Notes: generated by a model from the letters alone, not told the origin. 64,000 nt of DNA from Dictyostelium discoideum (GCA_000004695.1 CM000151.3:4288001-4352000), one strand, 5' to 3'; numbered from the stretch's first letter, positions 16,081 through 32,460 are shown. Translations and numbers: made by a program.

Positions 16081-18109
<2,029 letters not shown>

Positions 18110-18266
18110 TTAATTATTTAAAAAATTATTTAAAAACTTTTTAAAAAAAAAAAAAAAAAAATAATAATATTTCTTGTGTTCGGTTAATCATATGTCATTT
18201 TAATTTTTTATTTTTTTATTTTTATTTTAATCCAAAATTACTTTTATTTTTAGATTTTTTTTATTC

Positions 18267-18298
<32 letters not shown>

Positions 18299-18432
18299 CA
18301 GAATAATCGTTTGTTTGCGAACGAAATGTCAAAAAAAAAAATAATTTTAAAAGTAGAAATAATAACAAATTAAATTAATATCTTTTATTTGTTTTATTTT
18401 AAAATAAAAAAAAAAAAAAAAAAAAAAATAGA

Positions 18433-19943
18433 ATGATAAAAATAAAAGATTTAAGGTTTATAATTTTATCAATTATAATATTAAGTGGATTTACAACATT
18501 TTACTATATAAATTTATATGGTACTATTAATGGAATAAAAAGTGATTTATTAAAACCAAATAATAAATTGGAAATTGTTGAAAAAGAAATTAATAAAAAA
18601 GTTGTATTTGAAAATTGTAAAAATGAAACAGATGAATCAAATTTTTATAATTATTATCAATTTAATGATAAAGAATCAATGATTAATTATTTCCTTACCT
18701 ATCAAAATTATTATTATATTGAAGAGTATAAAGATAAACAATTTAGTAATAGTACAAAATATAATTTATCAAAATATAATTATCCAGTGTTAACTAAACT
18801 TTATAGTAATTTCACACCAACTATCAAAGAAATTGATAATGAAATTGATTTAATTAAAAAGAAATATGATAATGGTGAAATTGTGGAACCCAAAATAAAT
18901 TCAATAACTTCTTCAACTACTTATAGATCTATCAGAGCACCAAAAAAAAAAACAAATAAAAAAATTACCTTTGAAAATGATGAAACCTATCATAGTTTAG
19001 AATTAAAAAAATTTAGATCAAGAGTATGGTCAGATTTTTATTTAAATTATTGGAAAGATAAATATTTCTTATTATTCACCTTAGAAAATGGTTTATCATT
19101 TAGATCACCAAGACTTTGTTTACCATTGGATACTTCAAAACCACTTTTAACAACACCTTATTTATTTTTACATATTCCAAAATGTGGTGGTACAACAATG
19201 TATACTCACTTTTCAAAACATTTTAAAGTTGGTACATTACAACAATGGGCTCATCCAAGTATGTATTTAAATATATGAAAAAAAAAAAAAAAAAAAATTA
19301 ATTATTAACTCTTTTTTTTTTTTCAGACCCTGCGGAATATAAAAAAGTTCAAGATTCTAAAAATTTTATTATTGGTCATTTTGAAATGGGAATACATTTA
19401 ATTTTAAATGAAAAAGAACAAAAAACTTATAATTATATGACAATGTTAAGAGATCCAGTTGAAAGAGTTATAAGTAATTATTTCTATCATAAACATAGTC
19501 CAGGTGATCCACAACATATATTAGCTCGTGATAATGTAATTGAAAATTGGATAATTATATCACCACGTGGTAATAATGAAATTACTAGAGTTTTATCAGG
19601 TATAACCATTAAAGAAGAACCAGTACCATCCAATGATACCTTTAATATGGCATTATATCATTTACGTTCAATGAAATTCGTTGGTATTACAGAGAAATAT
19701 TCAGAGTCATTAGCATTATTAAAGTTTTACACTGGTTTAGAAAATCCAAATGTTGCTGATAAATTAAAAAATTCAAAATTTAGACCATATGGTATAACAC
19801 CTGCAATCATTGAAAAAATTAAAAAAAGAAATTGGATGGATATTTTATTATATGAAGAAGCTTTAAAAATGTTTGAAAGACAAATTAATATTGTTGGTAG
19901 AGATAATTTTGAAAAACAATTAACAAAAAATTATAGACAATAG
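18433..19943 (+). CDS. Type II membrane sulfotransferase, tandem paralog 4. join(18433..19258, 19327..19943).
   Basis: Features are TM anchor FIILSIIILSGFTTFYYI, YLFLHIPKCGGTTMY | DPAEYKKVQDSKNFIIGHFEMGIHLILNEKEQKTYNYMTMLRDPVERVISNYFYHK, and a C-terminal NWMDILLYEEALKMFERQ. Donor is cca a|gtatgt and acceptor is ttttcag|. Confidence 0.75.
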
Positions 19944-19987
19944 TCCAAAAATTCTAACCAATAATAATAATAATAATAATAATAATT

Positions 19988-20021
<34 letters not shown>

Positions 20022-20166
20022 GAATTGAAAAAAAATAAAAAATAAAAAAATAAAATCAAATTGATTTTATTTTTTTACTTTATTATATATATATATGCAA
20101 CTTTTTTTTCTATTTAATTTTATTCTATTTATTATCTAATTTATTTTCACCTTCTTTCTTTTCTTT

Positions 20167-21355
20167 TTATTCTTTTTCATCGATTTCAGTTTCAACTTTT
20201 TTAATGGAGTCTTCACAAAAAGAGTCTGGTAAATTACCAAGCTGTGACATTCTTGCTAGTAATCCACTATCCAACATATCTGCTTCACCTTCTTTTTGTT
20301 GAGCAATCATTGAAAATATTTCAGATTGATTTTTAAATCTTTCAGTTTCTTCTGGTGGATAATGATCTATATTTTTTTCAATCCAGTCTGGATACTATTT
20401 TTTTGAAAAAAAAAAAAAAAAAAAAAAAAATACGTGATATTATTAGTATTATATATAATATCTATACAAAATAAATAAATAGGTGATTAATATAATTACA
20501 TTTTCAGCCATAAATTGAATAGATTCTTCGAATAAATCATTAATTTGACCAGTTTCCTCACCATCGAGATTAAAGTTTTGACCTTCCATTAATTTAGAAA
20601 GGTTACTAAATAAATCATCAATACCACCATTATTATCAGTTTTATTTGATGCATTATCTGCTAAATTCTTTAATGTATCACTAATACTACTTTCAAAATT
20701 ATCTATATGTACACCGCTGTTATTATTATTTTTATTATTATTATTACTGTTGTTGTTGAGTTCATCATTATTGAAATTAAGACCACCCGCTTTTGTTAAT
20801 TCCTCTAAGAAAGGTTTAAAATTATCCATATCACCTAAATCTGAATCCTCCGAAACTCCAAACATTGTTGCTAACTTTTCAGCTAATTCATCAATCTTTT
20901 TTTTATCTTCTTCACTTGGTAAACCACCATTATTACTATCATCACTATTATTATTGATATCTTTATTATATTCTTTATCAAAACCTGCATCTAAATTCTT
21001 TAATGTTTCTTCACCTAAAAGTTTTTTAAAAATATCCATCATATCATTTACATTTGTATTTAAAAGATCATCATTTCCCAATGATGGTGGCGGTGGTTTA
21101 TTATATGTTGGTTTAATTGTTGATGGTGTTACTGTATTATTATTATTATTTATTGTTTTTGTTGTATTGGATGTTGTAGTTGTTGTAGTTGTTGTGGTAG
21201 TTTTTGTGGTTGTTGGTTGTTCTTTTTCTTGAGTTTCAAGCTCATCAAGAGCACCTATTTTTAAAATATGAAAATATGTTAGGAAATTTTTTTTTTTTTT
21301 TCTCTTCTCCATTTTGAAAAGGAAACATACTGTTTAATAAATCATCAAGATTCAT
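20167..21355 (-). CDS. pex19: Peroxin Pex19 (peroxisomal membrane protein import receptor). complement(join(20167..20394, 20500..21254, 21331..21355)), 335 aa.
   Basis: Spliced N-terminus MNLDDLLNS|ALDELETQEKEQP (compare the Pex19 LEELLESALDDF). Central DELAEKLATMFG and DLFEESIQFMAEN. Exon 3 reads YPDWIEKNIDHYPPEETERFKNQSEIFSMIAQQKEGEADMLDSGLLARMSQLGNLP, which matches the Pex19 C-terminal domain (YPEWLQSHRESLPPEQFEKYQEQ...). All three exons are phase-consistent (25+755+228 nt). Confidence 0.8.
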
Positions 21356-21795
21356 TTCTTTAGTTATTTGTTTCTGGCTTGAAACCAACAAAAAAATAAA
21401 AATTAAAAAAAAATAAAAATAAAAAAAAAAATTGAAAAAAAAAAAAAAAAAAAAAAAAAAATTAAATGAAAAAACAGTGGGACTCCCATATTTAAGTGAT
21501 TTTATTATTTTTTTTATTTATTTTTTTATTTTTTTATTTTTTATAAAACACTAGTGAAAAAACCAATTTTAAGAAAATAACAGAGAATGGTAAATTTGGT
21601 TATCTAGAAATTTCCAAATATTAGATAATGCATTAAAAAAATGAAAAGAAAACTTTAAATAGTGTTTTTTTTTTTTTTTATATTTTCAAAAAACACATCT
21701 TTTTACAGTAAATCTATATTGTGTTATTGTAAACATTGTTCGTTTTATATTTTAATTTATTATTATTATTATTATTATTATTGATTATTATTTAA

Positions 21796-21986
21796 TTATA
21801 ATTTTGGAAATGATGCTATTTCATCTAAATAATTGAAATCTTCATCGATCTCATTTACTTTAATTTCAAGAATTTGAGAATTTTCTTTAACTATTTCATT
21901 TACAATTAATTGATATTTATTTTTATCTATTTTTAAACTATTTCTAAATTTAGAATGTAAATTTCTAATTGTCTTATTTCTTAATA

Positions 21987-22048
<62 letters not shown>

Positions 22049-23466
22049 GTGTTGTTGCTATTAATCGAAATTGGGTATGATATATTATTATTATTTTTTA
22101 AATAAATGAATTCTAATAACTGAGTAGTATGAAAAAAGTCAAAAAATAAAGTTTCAATTGATGTATTATTTAAAATCATTGAGCCAATGATTTCAATGAA
22201 TTGAGTTGGAAATTCAGTTTCTTGAAATCGGCCTATTAAATCATTTGGATCATAAGAACATCCATTTGAAATTGAAAATATTTTTAATTTTTTATGATTT
22301 TTGATTTCATTATAAATAAAATTCCATTGTTCAATTGAATCATTATTAGTATATTTATTTTTACAAAATCTACAAGGTAAATATTGTTGTTGTTGTTGTT
22401 GTTGTTGTTGTCCTTCTTCTTTTGTTTTATTATTATTATTATAATTTAAAATTAAATAAATTAAATTATCAAAACAAATATCAATAAATAAACAACTAAT
22501 ATTTGGAGATGATTTTAATAAATAATATAACTGTTCAATTGAAATTGGTATATTTGAATTTGAGTAACCTTTTATTGAATTGAAAACCAATGGATTAATT
22601 AAATAAATCTCTTTGAATGGTATAAAATATGTTGATAAATTTTGAGTTTGATAATCCTGTTGATTGAAATAATTTTTTATTGAGTAAATGTGACATTCAA
22701 AATAATCGATTTTTATCTTTGATAATAGTTCTAAATACGTGTACGGATTTTGTGAGATTGTTTTCAATTTATCAAGAGATACACTTATAACATGATCAAC
22801 TTGTTCAGAACCATATGGTTTAATTCTTGATTTTATAAAATTTGAATAAAAATTATTATCATTTTTATTCTTTTCATATTGATTATCATCATCATAATCA
22901 TCATTATCATCAGGATTATTTTCATTTGATAAAATTGGTGGTTTTATTTGAATGATTTCTTTAAATTTCATTCTTTGAGATAATTGAAATAAATCAGAAT
23001 ATGAAATATTCGAAATGGTTATTTTAATAATGTTTTCATTTGGTAATTTTAATGTTTTTACAAATTCTGATTCATAAATTACATCAATAAGTATTCTTTT
23101 TAGTGATTTTAATTCTCTTATTAGCAAATTCAATTTTTCATTATATTCTTTTAATTGTTGTGAATGTTTGAACTTTTTTTGATTAATAATTAAATATTTA
23201 ATATTACTTTTTTTTATTATACAATATTTATTATTATTACTATTATTGGGTATAATATTTGAAAATCTATAATCTAATATATCAATTCTACTAGATATTG
23301 TAGTGAACCAATACCAACACACTCTTGTTAAAGTTTTAAAAATAAACTTTTCTTTATTTGATTTCTCTTGATTTTCAATTAACTCCTTTTTTTTTTTATA
23401 ATAATCATAAATAATTTTAGAAATTATATTTTTTTGAATATAATTTGGGAATATTATATTTTTCAT
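21796..23466 (-). CDS. Hypothetical protein, 556 aa, N/Q-rich. Possible F-box-like N-terminus; function unknown.
   Basis: A complete ATG-to-stop ORF on the minus strand. The N-terminal segment FIFKTLTRVCWYWFTTISSRIDIL weakly resembles the C-terminal half of an F-box. It has poly-Q and poly-N tracts. No other recognisable domain is visible by eye. Confidence 0.5.
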
Positions 23467-23710
23467 TTTATATTAAAAAAAAAAAAAAAAAAAAAAACAA
23501 AATCAATTTTGATTTTTTGATTAATTTGCGAATTTTTTTTTTTTTTTTTTGAAAATTTAAAACTTAATTCAAATAATACACCTGTTCTAACAAATAATAT
23601 AGTTATTATTTTGAAAAATTAGATTAATTAAATAATTAAATTTTAAAATATATAAATCTTGTATTTTTTTTTTTTTATTATTTTTTTTTTTATTTTTATA
23701 TTTATATATA

Positions 23711-23742
<32 letters not shown>

Positions 23743-23747
<5 letters not shown>

Positions 23748-26700
23748 TTAAATCAGTTTGACAAAGTGGACAATTACTTTTATGACTAGTTTGGAACCAT
23801 TTATAAATACAACCAGCATGAAATTTATTCTTACAAGTTTTACATTGGAATTTTGGAATTGTACCATTGTGAAACATTGAATAACAGATTGGACAAACTT
23901 CAACACCTTGGAAATGTTTATCTAAAGAATTTTTCCAAAGTAAACAAGCATCTAAAACAGTACCATCTTGAGTTAGCAATAAAGATGTCATTGATAATAA
24001 CCATTGTCTCCATTGTGATTCTGAAACACCAACTCTCTTTGAAAATTCTACAGTTAACACACGCAATGGATAATTATCAGAGATGAAGAGTACTAATGAA
24101 ATGGTCATTTCATCTTTTTCATAAGAGGCAGTAACCTCTTTACTTGAGGTTGAACCTTTAATTTGGAATTTAGCATCACTACTATCGCTATCAGTACAAC
24201 GATAAGAATTTACTCTTTGAATTTCATTTTGAATGATAATTGGACTAATGAAACGAGTGATATAACTTTGAATTTGTTGATTCATTTTAGAATTGGTTGA
24301 ATTATCATCAGCCCATCTACGTACCATACTTGGTAAATAATTAACCAATGAATAAAAACAATTTGAACATAATTTTTGAATCATTCTATAAGTAATTAAT
24401 TGATCATTATCAATAATTGAAAATGGAAATTCAATTGAATAATTATTACCATTATTATCGGTTGTTGTTGTTGTTGTTGTTAATGGTGATTCATCTTTAT
24501 TAATAAATGGGAATATTTGATTTAAGAACAATGTAACTTTTTGAATATTATTATCATTTAACCAACCATTTAAAATTGAACGTCTATTTAAATCAATCTT
24601 TGAATAATTTAATAATAATAAATTCCAACACATTAATTGACCCATTGAAATACTATTAATTAATTGATTATCTTTTGATTTCTTCATTGGTTTAAATGTT
24701 GAATCGAAATCTAATAAAATCTTTTCAAATATATTACTAAATAAAATAAAACTAACTTTTTCTTCACCATCATCGTTGTTGTTGTTGTTGTTGTTGTTTT
24801 CATTTTCTAATAAGAATGATTTCACTAATTGAGTATTTTCATTACCAAAATAAGATTCCAATAAATTGTAAGAAGTTTTCTTTATACCTTTATTATTATA
24901 AATACTTGTACTATAATTAAATGTTGATAATAATTCAATTAAATTATCTAATTTAGTTAATGATATCTTATATTTTATATCATTCGACATTTTCATAAAT
25001 GTATTTGAATATAATTCTAAAATATAACTTGAATCACTTGTATTACCATTATTATTATTACTTCTACTATTACTAACTCTATTTAACCAATTATTTAAAA
25101 TTAAAATTGAATGATCAATTTGAAATTGATCACCAATACCTGGTATTATAAATTTAATATTATCATTTGAAATTATAATATTATAAATTTTCAATGATTG
25201 ATATTCAATTAAATTACGATATTGTTGATAATAATAATTTGATTTAAATTTATTGAATGATAGTAATGTGAAATTATTTGATAACCAAATTGATAAAAAT
25301 GATTGAACAAATTGTGATTGGTTATTTGATAAATAAATTGGTTGTTTTGATTTATTCGAATTTATATTGGAAATGTATTGAATAACAATTAAAATGAAAT
25401 TCAAACAAGAGAGTTCAACCTCTTTCATAAATAAAAATTCAAGTTCAGGTTCTTGTTGTTTAATAATTGCACTTTTAATCTTTGAATTCCATTGTTGAAT
25501 AGTTTGAATTAAATTTAATAATGTTAACCATTCTTTTTCCTTTAATATTTCATTATCATCTTGTGTAATTTGTTGTTGTTCTTTTTGTGATTGTTGATGT
25601 TGTTGCTGTTGTCTTTGAATAACTATTGATGATAAAATTGATAATTGAATTGAAATGGATTTAAAATTTGTTGGAATTGAACTTGATAATTGACTTAATT
25701 GATTAATTGACCATTGTTTATAAGATTCAATTGATTCTTTTTGTAAAATTGGTAATAAAATTTGAACTAAATTCAATTGTCTAATTGAATCAATTGAATT
25801 ACCATTATCATCATTATCAATCTTTATTGAATTTAATAATGCTGATTTCAATTTCATTGATGATGTTGGTAAACAAGCATCACTTGTAATATAATCAATG
25901 AATAATGCCAATAGAACGGAATAAATACCACCATTATTACCATCACCACCAACATTTGATACTAAACAATTGAACCAATTACAATTGAAAATTTCGTCAC
26001 CATAAAATTTAAACAATGATTCAATAAATTGATTTAATAAATTTGTTGAATTATTTTCAATAAATTCTAAAATTTGTTCATTTGTTGACACTACTACTGC
26101 TGTTGTTATTGTAGTGGTGGTGGTGGTGGTTGTGGTTGGAGTTGGTGGTAATTGATTATCTCCATTAACGAATAATAAATTTAATAATAATAATTCAATG
26201 CTGTTATTATTTTCTTTATTAGAATATTTAATGAATTTTTCTAAACCAAACGATTCAATAACTTTAAAGTTAAAAATTAAAACCTTTAATAATTTATCAG
26301 TTGAGAAAGTGGTGCTATCGTTATTGTCTTTGTTGGAACCATAATTATCTAATAAATAAAATGGTGTAATTCTATTGTATCTAAACCAAGATATTTTAAT
26401 TTGATCTTTTGAATTGATTACTAATTGATTTGAAGTAAACTCTTTTATGAAATAAGAATACAATTGATCGTCGTCATCATCATCATCACCATTTTCATCA
26501 TGACGGTAGCTACCACTTTTAATTAATTTAATAGCACAATTTGATAAAAAATTTAAATTTAAATTATCATTTGTAATGATAGTACTACTATTTCTATCAA
26601 TGGATTCAATTAATAATGATAAAATGAATTTATCATTTTCAATGTTTGAAGTTGTTGAGAATAGATATTCATCAATTGAATTACATTTTGATTTAAAACC

Positions 26701-28863
26701 AGATAAACTTGGACGATTATTAATTTCAATATTAAATTTACACCATTCAATTAATAATGATTCTAATGATTTTGATTTAAATCTTGATGAAAATAATAAT
26801 TTTGATAATTCAACTAAATAATCAATTGAAACATCATTATCATCACTATCATCATCATTATTATTATCGCCGCCTTTATCATTATCATTAAATACTAAAT
26901 TTAATTGTACCATTGTATTTATAATATCAACCAATTTATTATAAACCCATTTAATTAATAATTCAACTGATTCATTTGGAATTATTGGTGAGAATTCATT
27001 ATTATTATTATTATTATTATTAAATAAAATTGATTTAATTAATTGTAATTGTTTTTTATCTTGAATTTTAATTGATTTAAATAATGTAGTTGATAATAAT
27101 AAATTTCTATTGATTTTATTACTTGCACTATTAATTAAATGAACTAAACTATTTGTTGTATTTGTAATTAAATTTGATCTATTATTTTTCTTTTTACTAT
27201 TATTATTATTATTATTAATTGAATCTAAAAATATTTGTAAAATTTGAGACCAAATTAATTTGATTTCATCTTCATCAGGAACTAAAGCTAACAATCCAAC
27301 TATAACTGAAACTAAATCTCCACCAACTCCTAAATTTAAACCACCTGTTGATAAAAGTGATTCATTTAATGCCAAAGCTAATTGAGTTATTATTTTTTTA
27401 ATATCATCTAAACCATTTGAAATGATTTGATCAATTTTATAATTTCCTAAAATAAAATCTAAAATTTTAATTGATAACTCTTGATTACTATTTAAATTAT
27501 CACATGCTAAATTAAATAGTCTTTTTATAATTACTTGAATAACATTATTATTATTACTATTATTACTATTGTTATTATTTGAACAAACAATTATAAATGT
27601 ATTTAATCTTGAAATTAAAGTTTCTTTTGAAATTGGTTGAATTATTTTCTCTTGTTTTTTAATTATTGGACTACTGTTATTATTATTATTATTATTATTA
27701 TCAGTAGTGATTGGTTCATTATTATTTAAAAGATTTTCTTTATTATTAAAATTTATAAAACTATTTGAATTAAATAAATTTTGAATTTTTAAAAGATTTG
27801 AATTTGATAAATTTGCAAGTTTAATTGTAGATTCTAATAATTTTTCAATGAATAATTTTTCAGAGAAACAAGAATGTTCCAAATTGAAATGATTATTATA
27901 AAAGTTAAATAATAATGTATCGATTAAGTAATCATTGATTTGTTGATATTGTTGACCCCATTTCTTACTCGAATAAATTAAACATTCCAAATAACATGAT
28001 AATAATAAATTGGAAGGTCTATCAACACTATTAGGATTACCATATTGTCTTGGATTATCAACAACTTCTAAACCCTTTTCTAAATTTGTGAATAACTCTT
28101 TAAAGAAACCGATATCAATATTTGTATTTGGTGATGGTGATGGTGATGGTGATGGCGATCCAATTACAATTGAATTTGGAATAAAAGTTAATAATGGCAA
28201 AATTGAAGGATAGGATAATTCAAAAGAACCATAACAACCAGATCTGAGGAATGCCCATAATCTTGGTAATACATGTTTACGAACATCAACATTACTCCAT
28301 GCTTTGTCACCATATTGCTGTAAGAATGATATTATGGCATCCCACATATAAAGATGAGTTGATGAATCTTTCTCTGAAAATAATCCTAAAACTTTACTAC
28401 TAAAATCTTTGAAATTCTTTTCGACATATCCTGCTAACTTTTTAATAACAGTTGTCAATACTCTATATGCTGTCTTTCTAATATTTGAACTCTTTGATTG
28501 AAAAAATGAAAAAAATTGTGATTCAAATATTTTTTCATAAATTTCTGTATTACCTGTATTATTTGTAGTTGTCGTTGTTGTAGTTGTTGATGATGATGAT
28601 GATGAATCAGTTGCTGTTGCTGTTGTATTATTAATTAAATACTCAATTGCTAATAATGAGTTTGAAATACATCTTTCATATCTCTCTTGTAAGATTTCTT
28701 GGCTAATTGATTTACTATCACCAATAGTTTGTGGTGTCTCTTGTAAATTCTCACATAAATAAGTTAATGCTTCATCATGTCCAAATTTAAAAACATCTTT
28801 TCTTTTCTTTTCTGGGAATATATTCTATATATATAAATATTAAAAATAAGTATGTATACAATA

Positions 28864-28906
<43 letters not shown>

Positions 28907-29597
28907 ATACTTGAAATGATAATAAAGCATTATTTATTGATTGATCATTTTGATCACAAATTGCAACAATCCAAGGACCTAATAATTGTTTAACATGTGG
29001 TCCTAAATGTTTACCAATACGTGAACCAATTGAACCTAAACATTGACTTGCTAAATCTCTAACATTTCTATCATCATCATTAACCAATCTCTTATACATA
29101 AACTCCCATGCATTCATTAATGGTGATATTGATGAAATGTTAAATTCTGCATCTTCAATATTTATCTTTTGAAATTTAGAATTTAATTCTTCTAAACCTT
29201 TAATTCTACTAATACTATCTTTTTTTTGTAATTTCTTTAATAATACCTTATATTCTGGTTCAACTTGCTATATTAATAGTGAATTATTTATTTTTATTAT
29301 TATTTTATTATTAATTATTAATTATTGTATATAATTTTAAAGATAGTTAATATTTTAAATAAAAAAATAAAAAAAAATAAAAAAAAATAAAAAAATTAGA
29401 TTAAAATAAAAGAAAATAAAAAAAAAATTAAAAAATCTTACATAATAGTCAGGATCAGTTGCATTTGTAAGATTTGAACTAAATGCTGAAAAACCAATAA
29501 ACCCACTAGATTGAGATCCCATTAAAGTATTGGCCTCACCACTACTTGATGGGTTATATTTTGCACCTCTAAATCCTTTATCTCTATCTTTTCCCAT
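23743..29597 (-). CDS. ltn1: Listerin / Ltn1 E3 ubiquitin ligase (ribosome quality control). complement(join(23743..28824, 28911..29267, 29451..29597)), about 1861 aa.
   Basis: The C-terminal RING-H2 is [46 protein letters not shown], matching the listerin RING signature (CPICYS...C.TCKNKFH..CLYKWF...S.CPLC). Exon 1 ([39 protein letters not shown]) and exon 2 (...[21 protein letters not shown]...[40 protein letters not shown]) match the conserved listerin N-terminus. Donors are GTAAGA and GTATGT and acceptors are tatag; all exons are phase 0. Confidence 0.9.
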
Positions 29598-29686
29598 TTT
29601 TATAACTTTTTTTTTTAGTTTTTTTAAAAAAATAAAAATAAAAAATAAATAAAAAGTGAAAATGAAAATGAAAAGAAAAAAAAAAG

Positions 29687-29720
<34 letters not shown>

Positions 29721-29923
29721 AAATTGGGAAGTGGCTAAGAATATTTTTTAAACACTTTTTGCCATAATTTTGATATTTTCCCAATTAAATATCCATTTTA
29801 AATAAAAAAAATAAATAAATAAAATAATAAAAATAAAAAAAAAATAAAAAAAATTTAGAGGTCTAATATAAAAAAATAAAAAAAATGCGATTTTTTAGGA
29901 GGGGGGGGGGTATTTATACAATT

Positions 29924-30258
29924 TTATTTTGGTGGAAGAGTACCCAAACCATCGACACCAACATTAATATTGACGCCATTATTAATATTACTATTATTAT
30001 TTATATTATTATTTATATTATTATTTATATTATTATTTATATTATTATAAAAATTATTATTAAAAGACCAATCTGTTGTTGGGTCAAAACTCCAAATATT
30101 ATTTGTTTTTGGTGGTGGATCGCCAATCATCGTTTCCAAAAAGTCTGTAAATGGGCCATTTGTGTTCATTAAACCATTATTACTTTCAGTCATTGAACTA
30201 CTTCCAATATTATTATTATTATTGTTTTTAATATTATTATTATTAATATTATTATTAA

Positions 30259-30326
<68 letters not shown>

Positions 30327-31805
30327 GTAAATGATGCCGGTATTAAATATGTATTATCTATACCATTATATAAAATATTATCGCTATTATTTTCAATGTT
30401 ATTATTGGTGCTATTATTATTGTTGTTGTTGTTATTATTATTACTATTTACTATTGTATCAAAATTGGTATTTCTATTATCTAAATCTAATTTTACATTA
30501 AAATCACTTAACTGAGTTGATGGTGTAGCAACATCTCCTGTTGTTGAAGAGGTTGTGGTGTTGTTGTTGGTGATTGGTGTTAAACTATTATTATTATTGG
30601 TAGTAGTGGTGGTGGTGGTGGTAGTTGGTATTAAAATATTATTATTAATATTATTACTATTTGGAGTATTTGGAGAAATTATTGGAGTTATTGGTGTTAT
30701 TGGTGTTGGTGTTGGTGTTGGTGGTTGTTCAACAATACGTTCACTATTTGAATGTTTTTGAATTATCATTTGATAATCATCTGGAGAACCAGGTGGTGAT
30801 TCATCCATTGGTGATATGAAACTTGATGTTTTTGATCTATTAATTAATCTATTATTGATTGGATGATTCGATGATATTAAAGCACCACTATTTAAGCTAT
30901 CAGTACTAACATTTGAAGAAACATTAACATTGTTTATAATTGGATAATCATTACTCAATAATCTAATTGTAACCAAATCACAAATTGCTCTAGTATTATC
31001 TGAATCGCTAATAATTGTATGTGTATCTATAGTACTAAAAATTGAACCATCACGATGTTTATAAACTTGTGCCAACTCAAATGATTTCTTTTCTGATAAG
31101 TCTAATCTATGTTGTTGAAATAAATTCATTGTTTTTTCAATTAAATTCGGATGTGTAATTTCTGTCCATGGTTTACCAATTAACTCATTCTAATTAAAAA
31201 ATAAAAAATTAATATTTATTTATTTATTTATTTATTTATTTATATTTGTAACATGGGGTAAAATGAAATTTATATATATTTATATTTATTTATATTTATA
31301 TATATTTATATTTATTTATATTTATTTATATTTATTTATATTTATATACTTACTTGAGAATAACCTAATAATTCACAAAAACTATTTGAACAATTTATAA
31401 CGATTGGTGGTAATTTTAAAAGATCAACAACCATGAAAACATTTTGAAAGTAATCTGATGAGTCTGTTGATTGGTGGTGATGATGATGATGATGAAGATG
31501 TTTTGATTGTTGATTTCTTGGATAAGATAAGGAACTATCATTTGTATTAATATCAGATGAGTGATGAGCAAATTTCGATTGAAGTAATTGTTGTTGTTGT
31601 TGTTGTTGTTGTGAAGATGGTGTAATGTGTTCATTTGTTGTTAGCATACTTAATTTCGCCAATAATGTCTCATTAACAATTTCTAATTTTTCATTTCTAT
31701 TTCTTAAATTTACTAATTCTTCATATATCTTTTTTTGTCCATCTTTTAATTCCCTTAATTCACTAATTAATAAATTTGCAATACCATTCTAAAAAATAAA
31801 TAAAA

Positions 31806-31854
<49 letters not shown>

Positions 31855-32460
31855 TTAATAAACAAATAAATAAAATCTAAAATTTAAAATATATATTATA
31901 ATTAAAAAAAAAAAAAAAAAAAAAAAAATACATACTTGGTCGGATTTTACTATATCTGATGGATTATTACTGTTATTATTATTATTATTATTATTATTAA
32001 TATTACTGCTATTATTACTATTATTGTTGTTGTTGTTGTTGTTATTATTATTATTATTGCCGATGTTGCTATTGTTATTATTATTACTACTGCTGTTGCT
32101 ACTGCCTGTGTTATTATTGTTATTGTTGTTATTGTTGCTGCCAATACTACCGCTATTATTGCTATTGCTATTGTTATTGTTGCTGCTGCTGCTGCTGCTG
32201 TTATTGTTATTATTATTATTTGAAGGACGGGGTTGTGAATTATTTGGTAACTTTATATTGGAATTTGATATATTTGGTCTGATAGAGTTATTATTAAATG
32301 GATATGACGGAGTTGTTCTATTTGAGCTATAACACATTTGAGGAACACCCTTTATAATACATCTTGAACAAGGTGTTTTCTCATCACATTCGACCATATC
32401 TTTTTGACAAAGAAAACATGATTTCTCTGATGTTTTTCTTTTTCTTGGATGTAAATCCAT
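29924..32460 (-). CDS. Putative transcription factor with Zn(II)2Cys6 binuclear-cluster, coiled-coil and PAS domains. complement(join(29924..31189, 31354..31788, 31936..32460)), about 741 aa.
   Basis: Exon A starts MDLHPRKRKTSEKSCFLCQKDMVECDEKTPCSRCIIKGVPQMC, with spacing C-x2-C-x6-C-x5-C-x2-C-x8-C (the Gal4-type pattern), followed by poly-N/S. Exon B has a heptad-like stretch LISELRELKDGQKKIYEELVNLRNRNEKLEIVNETLLAKLSML, a His-rich tract, then the start of a PAS fold (VVDLLKLPPIVINCSNSFCELLGYSQ) continuing in exon C (NELIGKPWTEITHPNLIEKTMNLFQQHRLDLSEKKSFELAQVYKHRDGSIFSTIDTHTIISDSDNTRAICDLVTI). Donors are GTATGT and GTAAGT and acceptors are ttttag / ttaattag; all phase 0. Confidence 0.6.

Noticed and set aside
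20750-21232. Plus-strand 160-aa ORF overlapping pex19
   Set aside because: Antisense to pex19 exon 2; low-complexity S/L/V translation.
23853-28213. Plus-strand ORFs 23853-24086, 26576-26821, 28010-28213 within listerin
   Set aside because: Antisense to the 5-kb listerin exon.
29885-30761. ORFs 29885-30172, 30162-30515, 30555-30761 (poly-L/poly-V/poly-I)
   Set aside because: Antisense translations of the poly-N/poly-T coding microsatellites of the Zn2Cys6-PAS gene.
31950-32332. ORFs 31950-32144 (-) and 32024-32332 (+)
   Set aside because: Alternate-frame or antisense readings of the (AAT)n / (CAA)n runs in exon A of the Zn2Cys6 gene.
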